Shown piece by piece: positions 24,719 through 34,687 of a stretch of DNA of 64,000 nt. Source of the stretch: an uncultured Planctomycetia bacterium (GTDB taxonomy: Bacteria; Omnitrophota; Gorgyraeia; 1-14-0-20-64-10). A program made the translations under genes and the position numbers. The notes beneath the pieces were generated by a model that was not told the origin of the DNA, made no database searches, and worked only from the letters and a program-made list of their open reading frames with translations. The stretch is from assembly GCA_964597545.1 (NCBI GenBank), contig CAZQXN010000002.1, positions 88,234 through 152,233 on the forward strand, read 5' to 3'. Each line of letters starts with the position of its first letter. Position 1 is the first letter of the stretch.

Positions 24719-26974
24719 GTGAAACCTAAATTTCCCTTCCGTTTCGCCAGCCTTCGCTCCTGGGTCCTTCCTTGGATTCTGGGGGCGGTGGGTGCTTTGT
24801 GCCTTGCCCAGCCGATCCAGGCAGCTCGCCAAGAAGTCATAACCCTTAATTTCTGGGAATTGGCGGTCGGCGAGGACCTGATGCGCTCTCTCTTGGACAA
24901 GTTTGAGCGGCAGAATCCCGGCATCCGGGTCCGTTTCCAGCAGCTCTCCTGGGATTATGGGCTGGATAAGATCATTACCGCCGTTGCCGCCGACAACGCG
25001 CCGGATGTTGTGGAGCTGGGGACCGACTGGGTACCGCAGTTTGCCGCCTCCGGGGTGCTGCGAGATCTGACCGAGCCCCTTACCCCCATCAAAGAGCAGT
25101 ATTTCCTCTGGGATCCGGTCACCTACGAGGGAAGGCTCTACGGGATGCCGTGGTTGGCCGGAATCCGGCTCCTCTTTTACAACCGGGAGCTTTTTGCCGA
25201 GGCCGGACTGAATCCGGATCGTCCGCCAACGACCTGGGGAGAGCTCAGCCGCGCTGCCCAGGCGGTGAGCGCCTTAGGGCCGGACATCTACGGCATCGGG
25301 CTCCATGTCGGGGAGGCCTACGCCCCCTGGCAGCAGTTCCTTCCTTTTGTCTGGGGCAACGGCGGCCAGGTCTTAAGTGACGATTGGAGCCGGTGCCTGC
25401 TGGACCAGCCGCCGGCAGTTAACGCCATGCAGTTCTATCATTCCCTCAAGCCCTCTGCCTTGGTAGAGCGCCAGCCCCAGGTCAACCAGCTCTTTGCCGA
25501 GGGCAAGGTGGGAGTTCAGCTCTCAGGCTCCTGGAACTTTGCGGTGATTCCCCGGATGAATCCGACCCTCAACTACGGCGTGGGACTGCTGCCCAGGCCT
25601 GCGCCGCACCGGGGCACCCCTGCCTCTTTTGTGGGGGGCGAAGTTCTCGTCTGCACCAAAAGCTCCCGCCACCCAGAAGCAGCACTCAAACTCATTCGTT
25701 TCCTGGCTGAGCCGGAGCAGGCAATGGCCATTGTGGAGGCCCAGCAGAATATTGTTCCCACAGCCAAGTCGACCATGCGCGATCCCTATTACCAGGCCCA
25801 CCCCGAGCAGAGGCTTTTCTTTGAGCAGGTCCGCTTTGCTGTGGCCCCGCCGGCGCATCCCCGCTGGGTTCGGATGCAGGAGCGGATCACCCGGGCAATC
25901 GAAGAGGTGATCTTCAAGGATGCCGACCCGGCCGAGGTGCTGGGCAGAACCACCGCCGAGATCGACCGGATCTTGGCGCGACCCGAGGTGGAGGACCGGG
26001 TCAGCGATGCCATTGCCTTTGGCACCTTCCTCTTCTTCTTGGCAGGATTGGCCCTGGTGGCCTGGGTGGTGAAGCGCCGCCGGGGGATTCGAGGAAAGGA
26101 GTGGAGCTTGGGGAGCCTGGGGACGAGCGCAGTCTTTATCGGGCCGTGGCTGGCGATCTTCCTGGGATTCAGCTTGATTCCGCTGTTGCACTCTTTTCTG
26201 TTGAGCTTCTCCCGCTACAATCTGCTGACCTCTGAGATCGGTTTTGTGGGGTTGCGCAACTTCACGGAGGTGCTCAGAGAGCCCGAGTTCCTCAAGGCCC
26301 TCTGGCACACCATCTTCTTTGCGATAGGCACCATCCCCCCCACCATGGCGCTGGCCCTCTTTGCGGCGGTTTTGATCAACACCAAGATTCCCTTTAAGCG
26401 CCTCTACCAGGCCGGGATGTTTTTGCCGGTGGCCACCTCGGTGATCGTCATCGCGACCATCTTTACCTATCTCTACGCGCAGGACGGTCTGATCAACCGC
26501 GTTCTGGAGTGGCTGCATCTGCCCAGCCCCTCTCCGGCGTGGCTGCTCAACACGAAGTGGGCGCTGCCGGCGATCATGTTCATGAATGTGTGGGCCAGCT
26601 TCGGCTATTACATGATTCTTTTTTTGGCGGGGCTGCAGACGATCTCCTCCGAGCTCTACGAGGCCGCCTCCATTGACGGAGCCAACGAATGGCAGAAGTT
26701 CTGTTATGTCACCCTGCCGCAGTTAAAACCCATACTTCTCTTGGCGGTGGTCATCAACACCATCCGGGCCCTCCAGGTCTTCCCTGAGATCTTTGCCATG
26801 ACCCAGGGCGGTCCCCTGGGTTCCACCACGACGGTGGTGTACTACCTCTACGAGACCGGGTTCCACCGCTTTGACATGGGCCATGCCGCGGCCGTCGGCT
26901 ACATCCTCTTCTTCATCACGATGGGCTTCTCCTGGCTGCAGATCAGGGCTTTTAAGGTGGAGGAGAACGCCTGA
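24719..26974 (+). CDS. Sugar ABC transporter substrate-binding protein fused to a MalF/UgpA-type permease
   Basis: SBP motifs (APDVVELG, LLFYNRELF) followed by TM helices and the EAA loop LYEAASIDGA. Confidence 0.9.
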   Translation: MKPKFPFRFASLRSWVLPWILGAVGALCLAQPIQAARQEVITLNFWELAVGEDLMRSLLDKFERQNPGIRVRFQQLSWDYGLDKIITAVAADNAPDVVELGTDWVPQFAASGVLRDLTEPLTPIKEQYFLWDPVTYEGRLYGMPWLAGIRLLFYNRELFAEAGLNPDRPPTTWGELSRAAQAVSALGPDIYGIGLHVGEAYAPWQQFLPFVWGNGGQVLSDDWSRCLLDQPPAVNAMQFYHSLKPSALVERQPQVNQLFAEGKVGVQLSGSWNFAVIPRMNPTLNYGVGLLPRPAPHRGTPASFVGGEVLVCTKSSRHPEAALKLIRFLAEPEQAMAIVEAQQNIVPTAKSTMRDPYYQAHPEQRLFFEQVRFAVAPPAHPRWVRMQERITRAIEEVIFKDADPAEVLGRTTAEIDRILARPEVEDRVSDAIAFGTFLFFLAGLALVAWVVKRRRGIRGKEWSLGSLGTSAVFIGPWLAIFLGFSLIPLLHSFLLSFSRYNLLTSEIGFVGLRNFTEVLREPEFLKALWHTIFFAIGTIPPTMALALFAAVLINTKIPFKRLYQAGMFLPVATSVIVIATIFTYLYAQDGLINRVLEWLHLPSPSPAWLLNTKWALPAIMFMNVWASFGYYMILFLAGLQTISSELYEAASIDGANEWQKFCYVTLPQLKPILLLAVVINTIRALQVFPEIFAMTQGGPLGSTTTVVYYLYETGFHRFDMGHAAAVGYILFFITMGFSWLQIRAFKVEENA

Positions 26975-28266
26975 TGCGCGAGCGGATGCTGATTACCACG
27001 GCGGTCTCGGTGCTGACGGTCATGCTGGTCTTGACCCTCATGCCCCTTTTGATGATGTTCTACACCTCGGTCAAGCCGACCGGCACCCTCTTTGAACGGG
27101 CGCAGGAGGTTCTGGTGGCCGACTTTCAAATCGGAGCCCTCAACTCCATCGGCGGGCCGATTGCCGTCGAAGGGGCCGAGACCTCTGAGATTGAGATGGC
27201 CTTTGTGCCTGCCGTGCCGCAGGCCAGAAGCAATCGGGCGATGGAGATCCGTTTTAATGCCCAGGGGGAGCCGGTGCGCTGGGTCACCCGGGTCGGCCAG
27301 GACATGCGGAAATTCTCCTGGCTGGAGTTCCGGATCAAGGGGGCGGCCGGCGGAGAGAGCTTTACCGTGGATCTGGTGGACCTTAAAGGAAGGCGCACCA
27401 GCCTCGGCATCCAGGAGTTCAAGCGCGGGGGCCTCACCTCCAACTGGGAGACGATCCGCATCCCGATGGAGGCCTTTCACCTGACGCTGCTCACCCCGCG
27501 GCTGGTGGAGCGCCGCGCCCAGGATTTGGCGCTGACCTTCAACCAGGGGGCCGGCACGGTTTACCTGGATGACATCAAGCTCATCTTCAAGGAGTGGACC
27601 CTCAACAACTATTGGGATGTGTTGATCAGCGGTCCCTTTGGCCGCTATGCCGCCAACTCCATGGGGATCTCCCTGGTGGTGACCTTCGGCAACCTCCTTT
27701 TTGCCACCATGGTCGGTTACGCCTTTGCCCGCCGGGACTTTCCCTTTAAGAAGACCCTCTTTTTCATGATCATCGGCTCCATCGCTATCCCTCCGCAGGT
27801 GCTGATGGTGCCGGTCTTTATCCTGATGAAGCACATCGGCTGGCTCAACACCTACTGGGCTTTGACCATCCCGAGCTTGGTCCTGCCCTTCAATGTCTTC
27901 TTCATGCGCCAGTACATCTCCAAATTGCCGACGGCGGTTGAGGAGGCGGCCCGGATTGACGGCGCCAGCGAGTGGCAGATCTTCTGGCGGGTCATCACCC
28001 CCTTGTCTCAGCCGGCGCTGGCGGTGGTGGGGATCAATACCTTTATGGGTTCCTGGAACACCTTTCTCTATCCCTTCCTTTTGACCAATACCGTGGAGAT
28101 GCGCACCCTGCCGGTCGGTCTGGCCCTTTACAAATCCCTCCACGGGGTCGACTGGGTGCATCTGATGGCCGGATCGGCCATTACCGCCATTCCGGTGATC
28201 ATTGCCTTCCTGGTTTTCCAGCGCTACATCATCGAGGGTTTGACGCGAGGTTCGACCGTTGGCTAA
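26974..28266 (+). CDS. MalG-type sugar ABC permease with an inserted CBM11-like domain
   Basis: EEAARIDGA, GYAFAR, WNTFLYP motifs; ~150-aa insert LEFRIKGAAGGESF...WETIRIPM...GTVYLDDIKL. Confidence 0.88.
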   Translation: MRERMLITTAVSVLTVMLVLTLMPLLMMFYTSVKPTGTLFERAQEVLVADFQIGALNSIGGPIAVEGAETSEIEMAFVPAVPQARSNRAMEIRFNAQGEPVRWVTRVGQDMRKFSWLEFRIKGAAGGESFTVDLVDLKGRRTSLGIQEFKRGGLTSNWETIRIPMEAFHLTLLTPRLVERRAQDLALTFNQGAGTVYLDDIKLIFKEWTLNNYWDVLISGPFGRYAANSMGISLVVTFGNLLFATMVGYAFARRDFPFKKTLFFMIIGSIAIPPQVLMVPVFILMKHIGWLNTYWALTIPSLVLPFNVFFMRQYISKLPTAVEEAARIDGASEWQIFWRVITPLSQPALAVVGINTFMGSWNTFLYPFLLTNTVEMRTLPVGLALYKSLHGVDWVHLMAGSAITAIPVIIAFLVFQRYIIEGLTRGSTVG

Positions 28267-28303
28267 GAGTCTGACGCTTTGGTACCGGCAAGAGACCCAT
28301 TGC

Positions 28304-28332
28304 TGTACCAAAGGGTCAGACCCTTTGGTACA
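28304..28332. repeat. 29-bp palindrome (GGGTCAGACCC family)
   Basis: tgtaccaaagggtc-a-gaccctttggtaca with perfect 14-bp arms; degenerate copy at ~28265-28286. Confidence 0.9.
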
Positions 28333-28343
28333 AGTGAGGATGG

Positions 28344-29546
28344 ATGATGCGTAGGCGGGAGTGGTTTCTAGGCAAGGTGGCCACCCCCCTTGATCTTTTC
28401 GAGCAGGGTGCGGTGGGTATCGAAGGGGACCGGATTTTCTATGTCGGCGAGGCTCAGACCGCACCCAGGAGCCCCCAAGAGCCTGCGCGCACTTTCAACG
28501 GTTGGATCACCCCGGGCATGGTTGACGTCCATGTCCACGGCGGCGGCGGCGGTTCCATCCTGGAAGGAACTCCAGAGGCGGTTATCCAAGCCAGCCGCGC
28601 TTTAGTCGCACACGGGGTCACCAGCTTCCTGGCTACGACCGTCACCGGTGAGGATCTCAGCCGCTGCCGGCACCTTGAGGTGGCCGCTGAGACAGCGCAA
28701 CGCCCACCCGACGATGGGGCAAAGATCCTGGGGATCCATGTCGAGGGGCCCTATGTCAACATGGCTCGCCACAATATGATTCATCCAAGCCGGGTGTGGC
28801 CGCCGGAGCGAAAAAGCTTCGAGGGGCTGCTCAAACTCATGCAGGGAAAGCTCAAGATGATGACCATTGCCCCCGAGCTACCGGGCGCCCTGGATTTGAT
28901 CCAGCACTTGAAGGAGAATGGTGTCGTGGCCTCTCTGGGTCACACCGAGGCAACCCTGGAAGAGGCCCGGGCCGGTTTTGCCGCAGGCATTCAACACGTC
29001 ACTCATCTCTACAACGCCATGCAGGGTCTCAGCCACCGTGAGCCCGGCGCGCTGGGAGCTGTCTTGATGGATCACGCGGTGACCGCGCAGATCATCGCGG
29101 ACGGGGTTCATGTGCACCCGGATCTTTTGCGCTGGACTTGCCGGGTTTTGTCTCCGGAACGCCTGGTCTTGATGACCGATGGCCTGCCCTCCTCAGGGTT
29201 GCCGCAAGGGGAAGGGGAGTATGAGGGGGAGCCTTACACCGTGGTTGATGGTGCTGCTTGGTCCAAAGGGGGGGCGGCCAAGGGCAAGTTGATCGGCACC
29301 ACCTTGGCTCTAGATCAGATGGTTGTGCGTGCCATGCGCTTCATGGGGGTTGATTTCCCTCAGGCGGTCGCCATGGCGTCGCTGTACCCGGCCCGCGCGC
29401 TGGGAATGACACATGAGGTCGGCTCCCTGGCCGCAGGCTGCAAGGCCGACTTGACCCTCTGGAGTGAGGATTATCAACTGCAGGAGACCCTTTTGAGCGG
29501 TAGGACGGTCTGGCAGAGAAAGGAAGCACACTGCAATGTCTCTTGA
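28344..29546 (+). CDS. nagA: N-acetylglucosamine-6-phosphate deacetylase
   Basis: PGMVDVHVHG, GIHVEGP, TIAPE, GHT, THLYNAM, IADGVHVHP, LMTD motifs. Confidence 0.93.
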   Translation: MMRRREWFLGKVATPLDLFEQGAVGIEGDRIFYVGEAQTAPRSPQEPARTFNGWITPGMVDVHVHGGGGGSILEGTPEAVIQASRALVAHGVTSFLATTVTGEDLSRCRHLEVAAETAQRPPDDGAKILGIHVEGPYVNMARHNMIHPSRVWPPERKSFEGLLKLMQGKLKMMTIAPELPGALDLIQHLKENGVVASLGHTEATLEEARAGFAAGIQHVTHLYNAMQGLSHREPGALGAVLMDHAVTAQIIADGVHVHPDLLRWTCRVLSPERLVLMTDGLPSSGLPQGEGEYEGEPYTVVDGAAWSKGGAAKGKLIGTTLALDQMVVRAMRFMGVDFPQAVAMASLYPARALGMTHEVGSLAAGCKADLTLWSEDYQLQETLLSGRTVWQRKEAHCNVS

Positions 29547-30534
29547 GCTGGGTATCAGCTACTACGGAAACCGTATCCCTTGGCGCGTTCAGGAAGACCT
29601 CAGGGCCATTCAAGAGAGTGGGTGCACCTATGTGCTCCATACCTTCAGCGAAGAGGATGTGGAGTTTTACCAGGGGGCAGTGGCCGAGATTGCGGAGCTG
29701 ACCCGCAAAGCGGGCCTTAAGGTCTGGCTGGATCCCTGGGGGGTAGGGCAGATCTTTGGGGGGGAGACCTACTCCAATCTGATTGCCACCAACTTGTCGG
29801 TCCGGCAGATGAGTTCAGAGGGACAATCCCTTCCGATTGCCTGCATCAACCACCCGGCACTCAAGGAGTATCTCCACCACTGGATTACCGCTGCTGCCCG
29901 CGCAAAACCTGATGTTCTCTTTTGGGATGAGCCGCACTTTAAGATCTACCCCGAGCCTGGGGGGGCACCCCCCAAGACATGGGCCTGCCGCTGTCCCATT
30001 TGTGAGGCCCGATTTAAGAAGCTGACCGGCAGCGCCATGCCCAAGGAGTTTGACCCTCAGGTGCAGGCCTTTAAGGAAGACTCCCTGGTGGAGTTGACCC
30101 GGTGGCTGTGCGATGAGACCCGGGCGCGCGGCATCCGCCCGGCAGTGTGCCTGCTTCCTTTTGAGAACTCCTCTACCGTCAACGATTGGGAAAAAATAGC
30201 TGCCATTGACTCCCTGGAGATCATCGGCACCGACCCCTACTGGAAGCCGCATCAGCCTGAGGTGGACAAGCATGTGGGGCGTTTTTCCAAGCGGATTGCA
30301 GAGCTGGCCCGCCGGCATAAAAAGGAAGGACAGATCTGGATCTTGAACTTCAATATCCCCAAGGGAGAGGAGGGGACGATCCGCACCGCGATTGACGCTG
30401 CCTATCAAGAGGGGATCCGCAACTTCGCCGCCTGGAGCTATTATGGGGCCAGCTACATCCGGCTGCGGGCCGAAGATCCACCGGCAGTTTGGAAAACTCT
30501 GTCGGACTGCTACCACCAACTTAAGAAGCAATAG
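29536..30534 (+). CDS. Putative TIM-barrel glycoside hydrolase of unassigned family
   Basis: GISYYGNR, LDPWGVG, FWDEPH, CRCPIC, GTDPYW motifs; no signal peptide. Confidence 0.6.
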   Translation: MSLELGISYYGNRIPWRVQEDLRAIQESGCTYVLHTFSEEDVEFYQGAVAEIAELTRKAGLKVWLDPWGVGQIFGGETYSNLIATNLSVRQMSSEGQSLPIACINHPALKEYLHHWITAAARAKPDVLFWDEPHFKIYPEPGGAPPKTWACRCPICEARFKKLTGSAMPKEFDPQVQAFKEDSLVELTRWLCDETRARGIRPAVCLLPFENSSTVNDWEKIAAIDSLEIIGTDPYWKPHQPEVDKHVGRFSKRIAELARRHKKEGQIWILNFNIPKGEEGTIRTAIDAAYQEGIRNFAAWSYYGASYIRLRAEDPPAVWKTLSDCYHQLKKQ

Positions 30535-30591
30535 GGGACGGTCCATTTTGGGACAGTCTGGCTATGGTGTGTCCCCAAATGGAGCGTCCCC
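30534..30591. repeat. 22-bp inverted repeat (GGGGACGGTCC family), REP-like or terminator
   Basis: ggggacggtccattttgggaca ... tgtccccaaatggagcgtcccc (2 mismatches); the left arm recurs exactly at 61018-61039. Confidence 0.85.
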
Positions 30592-30603
30592 AGTCCTTTT
30601 TCC

Positions 30604-30633
30604 TTGACAGGGCAGGATAACTCAGGGTATTTA
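30604..30633 (+). promoter_or_regulatory. Possible sigma70 promoter for the ROK regulator
   Basis: TTGACA followed 18 nt later by TATTTA in an AT-rich stretch. Confidence 0.45.
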
Positions 30634-30717
30634 TAACTGTTTGAATACATTACAATTCGGTATCAGGGGCTGCAGCCTACAGCGCCTGATGCTGCAACCT
30701 AAAGGGACTTCCCACAC

Positions 30718-31920
30718 ATGAGGACGACTGAATTGGAAGCACACTCCCTGACAGAACGCGAACGCAAAAACGTATCCATCCTTGAAGCCATCAAGCGCTA
30801 CGGCCCTATTTCCCGAACAGACATTTCGAAGCTGACCAAGCTCAACATCGTCACGGTCTCCAACTACGTCAACAACTTCATCGAGCAGGGGATTGTCATT
30901 GAAAAGGGTTTGGACATCTCCTCCGGCGGTCGGCGCCCCACCATCGTGGTCCTCAACCCCAAGGCGGTCTATGTGGTGGGGGTGGATCTGGGTGTCTTTG
31001 TGGTGCGCACGGTCTTGGCCGACCTGGAGGGCAACGTCATTGCCCAGGCCGAGGCCCCCCGCCCCCGGGATACCGCAGATTCGGTGGTCCGGGTCTTGAC
31101 CGGCGAGATCGAGCGCGTCATTGCCCAGGCCGAGATCGACACCAAGAAGCTTAAAGGCATTCAGATCGGAGCTTCCGGGGTGATTGATCGTGAGGTCGGC
31201 ACCATCCGCTGCACCGAAGGGGTCGCCTCCATCTACGTTCCGATCACCGCCCTGCTCCAGGAGAAGTTCAAGCTGCCGGTCAAGCTCGAGCACGACGTCA
31301 CCACCGCTGCCTACGGGGAATGGTCCCTGGGGGCCGGCACCGATGTGGACATCATGCTCTTTATGTACTCCGGGGTAGGCTGCGGGATGATCATCAACGG
31401 AGAGATCTACCACGGCATCAGCGGAACGGCCGGAGAGGTGTCGATTCGAGATCAGCTGGATATCGGCGACGTCTGGATCGGCAACATCGCCGCCCTCAAG
31501 CCCTGGGCGGCCCATCTCGGGATTCCGGATGATGCCCGCGAGGCCCTGGAGAAGGGCGCGGTTTCCAAGATCTCGGAGCTGATTCAAGGGGATTTGGATA
31601 AGATCACGATCGAGACCGTCTTTGAGGCGGTCAAGGCCGGAGACAAAATCGCCACCGAAATCGTGCAGAAGGCCGGAGAGCGGCTGGGGGTGAGGATCTC
31701 CTTCTTGGTCAACCTCTTAAACCCCGGCGCCGTTGTGATCGGCGGCGGAGTCGAGGCCGCGGGTCCGGCTCTGATTGAGTCGGTCAAGAAGATGATCCGC
31801 CTGTGCGCCTTTGAAGAGATGGCCAATGCAGTCAAGGTAGTGCCCGCCCGCTTAGGCAACAACTGCGTTGCCCTGGGCGCTGCCAGCCTTGTGATTCGGG
31901 ACGTCTTCGCTTCGGTGTAA
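30718..31920 (+). CDS. ROK-family transcriptional regulator (NagC/XylR-like)
   Basis: N-terminal wHTH (ISRTDISKLTKLNIVTVSNYV), SSGGRRP, VGVDLG, GVGCGMIING, GTAGEV, LNPGAVVIGGG. Confidence 0.92.
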   Translation: MRTTELEAHSLTERERKNVSILEAIKRYGPISRTDISKLTKLNIVTVSNYVNNFIEQGIVIEKGLDISSGGRRPTIVVLNPKAVYVVGVDLGVFVVRTVLADLEGNVIAQAEAPRPRDTADSVVRVLTGEIERVIAQAEIDTKKLKGIQIGASGVIDREVGTIRCTEGVASIYVPITALLQEKFKLPVKLEHDVTTAAYGEWSLGAGTDVDIMLFMYSGVGCGMIINGEIYHGISGTAGEVSIRDQLDIGDVWIGNIAALKPWAAHLGIPDDAREALEKGAVSKISELIQGDLDKITIETVFEAVKAGDKIATEIVQKAGERLGVRISFLVNLLNPGAVVIGGGVEAAGPALIESVKKMIRLCAFEEMANAVKVVPARLGNNCVALGAASLVIRDVFASV

Positions 31921-32069
31921 GGGGTTACCCGCCTGCGCGTATTCCCTTAAGGTGCGGGGTCGCACCATCCGCGGTTGACGAATGGGTTAAAGGCGCTTGA
32001 GGCGCCAAAGACAAGAGCGGTACCATGTAGTCCGCAACTTCTTCTAAGACAACTCGTTACAACAACATC

Positions 32070-32104
32070 CGGTACCTGGTACCAATTACAGGTACCGATT
32101 TTAA
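32070..32104. repeat. GGTACC(A/T)GGTACC REP-like element
   Basis: cggtacctggtacca ... caggtaccgattttaa; related to 45779, 45923, 45950 and to the RAYT-flanking stems. Confidence 0.75.
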
Positions 32105-32117
32105 CGTTGGAGGCTTC

Positions 32118-34568
32118 ATGCAGTACGGACATTTCAGCTCAGATGGGCGCGAATACATCGTAACCCGCCCCAACACCCCCCGCCCATGGTTCAACTACCT
32201 CTTTAACGACGTCTACCACTGTTTGATCTCCCAGACCGGCGGCGGTTTTTCCTATTACCGGGATCCCAAGTACTATCGGGTCCATCGCTACGACCACATC
32301 AGCTCAGACCGACCCGGCCGCTACCTCTTCCTCAAGGATGTGACCAAGGGCTCGGCTGCGAAGGAGCCGATCTGGTCGCTCAACTGGCAGCCGTCCTGCA
32401 AGAAGCTGGACCGCTGGGAAGCGCGGCACGGCCTGGGTTACACCAAAATTTCCTCGACCCACAACGGCATCCAGGGAGAGATCACCTACTTTGTGGCCAA
32501 GGAGGCCCCGGTAGAGCTGTGGCTGGTCTCCTTGAAGAATGCCTCCAAGCGCAAGCGCACCCTCTCGGTCTATCCCTTTGTGGAGTTTGTCAGCGGCGAC
32601 GTGGCCCTGGAAACCCATTACCGGAACATCCTCTGCCTCTACAACGAGGCCGCTTTTGATCCCAAGTCCAAGGCGATTATCTCCTTCAAGCATCCCTTCA
32701 AGAAGGAGCACAAGCCGGGCTTCGCTTTCTTTTCAACCACGCTTCCCGTTGACAGCTGGGAGGCCCACCAGGAGCACTTCCTGGGTCCCTACGGCCACCG
32801 CTCTACTCCGAAGGGGTTGACCCAGACGCGCCTGGGCCGCCATGCCGTGCGCGGCGAGGACATGGTGGGTGTCTTCCAGAGCACCGTGACCTTGAAGCCC
32901 GGAGAGTCCAAGGAGTTCGCCGTGGTCTTAGGAATGACCGAGATGCGGGATGAGATCTCCAAGCACCTCAAGCATTTTCGCTCGGTGGAGCAGGTGCGCC
33001 GGGAGCTCGACTGCGTCCGGGAATACTGGAGAGAATCCTTGGAGTCGATCTGGGTTGACACACCGGACAAGGATTTCAATCTCATGGTCAATCTCTGGGG
33101 GAAATATCAACTCTTTGCCATTACCCACTGGCGGGGCACCTCCCATTACCACGGGGCCGAAGGGGGCCAGGGGTACCGCGACACCTGCCAGGATGTGGAG
33201 GGGCTCTTAAGCCTGGACACTCCCACCTCCCTGGAGAAGCTGGAGCGGCTGCTTTACTATCAGTACAAATCCGGCCATGCGGTCTCGGGGTTCTCCGAGG
33301 TCGAAGGCACTTGGGAGAACACCGGAGCAGCCGGGGTCATCAAGAAGGCAGATGTGGCGGTCTGGCTGCCCTACAGCGTCGTTGCCTACATCAAGGAGAC
33401 CGGGGACACCGATTTCCTTAAGAAAGAGATTCCTTTCCACGACACCGGATCAGCCACCGTCTATGAGCATGTGCTTCGCGCTGTGCGCTACCTCTACAGC
33501 GCCCGCGGCAAGCACGGCCTGCCCCTGATCGGTCACGCCGACTGGAACGATGCCTACGACCATGTGGGCGTCAAGGGCAAGGGTGAGAGCATCTGGCTTG
33601 GGATGGCGCTGGTTCGGGCCTGCAAGCAGGTGGCCGAGCTTGCCGAATTCATCAAGGATGAGAAGGTGGCCCAAGAGATGAAGGAAAAGGCCGAGGCCTT
33701 GACCCGCATTGTCAACCGGGAGGGATGGGAGGATTCCTGGTACCTGGCTGCCTTCAATGACGAAGGCCGAAAGATCGGCTCCAAGCAGAACAAAGAGGGC
33801 AAGGTACCCTTGAACTCCCAAACCTGGGCGATCCTCTCCGGGGTGGTGTCGCAGGAACGGCTGCCCAAGATCCTAGACCGGATTGACCGGACGCTGGGCA
33901 CCCCTTATGGGCCGGCTCTCTTCCTGCCCAGCTATACCGCCTTCAATCCCGGGATCGGGCGGGTGACCGCCTTTGCCGCCGGCACCAAGGAGAATGCAGC
34001 GGTCTTTTCTCATGCCTGCGCTTTCAAGGTGGTGGCTGACTGCACCATTGACCGCGGCGAGCAGGCGTACGACACCTTCGCGAAACTCATGCCCACTTCC
34101 AAGGCCAAACGGGACCACGACCGGTACAAGGTTGAGCCCTTTGTCTGGTCTGAGTATGTGATCGGCCCGGGCTCGGCAGATCGTTTCGGGGAAGGGGCCT
34201 TCACCTGGAACACCGGGACCACCCCCTGGATGTACAACGCCGCCACCGAGTGGATGCTGGGGGCCCGGCGGGAATTCAAGGGCCTCTTGATTGACCCCTG
34301 TTTGCCGAAGCGGTGGAAGTGGGCCAAGATCAAGCGTCCGTTCCGGGGGGCGACCTACGAGATCACCATACGCAATCCCGAAGGGGTGACCTCCGGGGTC
34401 AAGAAGCTTACCGTCGACGGTGTCGAGCAGGAGGATTGCCTGATCGAACCGCACGGAGACGGAGAGACCCATGAGGTTCAAGTGGTTTTAGGTCGCGCAG
34501 GCGGGAAAAACCGCCGCAAGAGGAATACCTCGACAGCTCGACAATCCGGTTTGTACCAAAGGGTCTGA
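32118..34568 (+). CDS. GH94 glycoside phosphorylase (cellobiose/chitobiose phosphorylase-like)
   Basis: YGHFSSDGREY, TPRPW.N, GYRDTCQD, ADWNDA (catalytic Asp), GESIW, KENAAVFSH, TGTTPW. Confidence 0.92.
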   Translation: MQYGHFSSDGREYIVTRPNTPRPWFNYLFNDVYHCLISQTGGGFSYYRDPKYYRVHRYDHISSDRPGRYLFLKDVTKGSAAKEPIWSLNWQPSCKKLDRWEARHGLGYTKISSTHNGIQGEITYFVAKEAPVELWLVSLKNASKRKRTLSVYPFVEFVSGDVALETHYRNILCLYNEAAFDPKSKAIISFKHPFKKEHKPGFAFFSTTLPVDSWEAHQEHFLGPYGHRSTPKGLTQTRLGRHAVRGEDMVGVFQSTVTLKPGESKEFAVVLGMTEMRDEISKHLKHFRSVEQVRRELDCVREYWRESLESIWVDTPDKDFNLMVNLWGKYQLFAITHWRGTSHYHGAEGGQGYRDTCQDVEGLLSLDTPTSLEKLERLLYYQYKSGHAVSGFSEVEGTWENTGAAGVIKKADVAVWLPYSVVAYIKETGDTDFLKKEIPFHDTGSATVYEHVLRAVRYLYSARGKHGLPLIGHADWNDAYDHVGVKGKGESIWLGMALVRACKQVAELAEFIKDEKVAQEMKEKAEALTRIVNREGWEDSWYLAAFNDEGRKIGSKQNKEGKVPLNSQTWAILSGVVSQERLPKILDRIDRTLGTPYGPALFLPSYTAFNPGIGRVTAFAAGTKENAAVFSHACAFKVVADCTIDRGEQAYDTFAKLMPTSKAKRDHDRYKVEPFVWSEYVIGPGSADRFGEGAFTWNTGTTPWMYNAATEWMLGARREFKGLLIDPCLPKRWKWAKIKRPFRGATYEITIRNPEGVTSGVKKLTVDGVEQEDCLIEPHGDGETHEVQVVLGRAGGKNRRKRNTSTARQSGLYQRV

Positions 34569-34611
34569 CCCCTACGTACAAGAAGGTAACCCGTTACCCC
34601 TTTCGGGGTAA
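34551..34611. repeat. GGGTCTGACCC palindrome overlapping the GH94 stop, followed by a hairpin
   Basis: ttgtaccaaagggtctgacccctacgtacaa, then ttacccc-tttc-ggggtaa. Confidence 0.7.
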
Positions 34612-34649
34612 GAGAAAATGTTAGGTATAATTAAATCTAGTTCACACCC

Positions 34650-34678
34650 TTGACTTTTAACGGGTTAGAGGGTATATT
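34650..34678 (+). promoter_or_regulatory. Sigma70-type promoter for the HIQDAH protein and giant-protein run
   Basis: TTGACT-17 nt-TATATT, ending 9 nt before ATG 34688. Confidence 0.6.
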
Positions 34679-34687
34679 TTAACTACA

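Noticed and set aside
30630-30717. NagC/ROK operator upstream of the regulator or nagB
   Set aside because: The region is AT-rich, but I found no convincing palindrome shared between the promoters.
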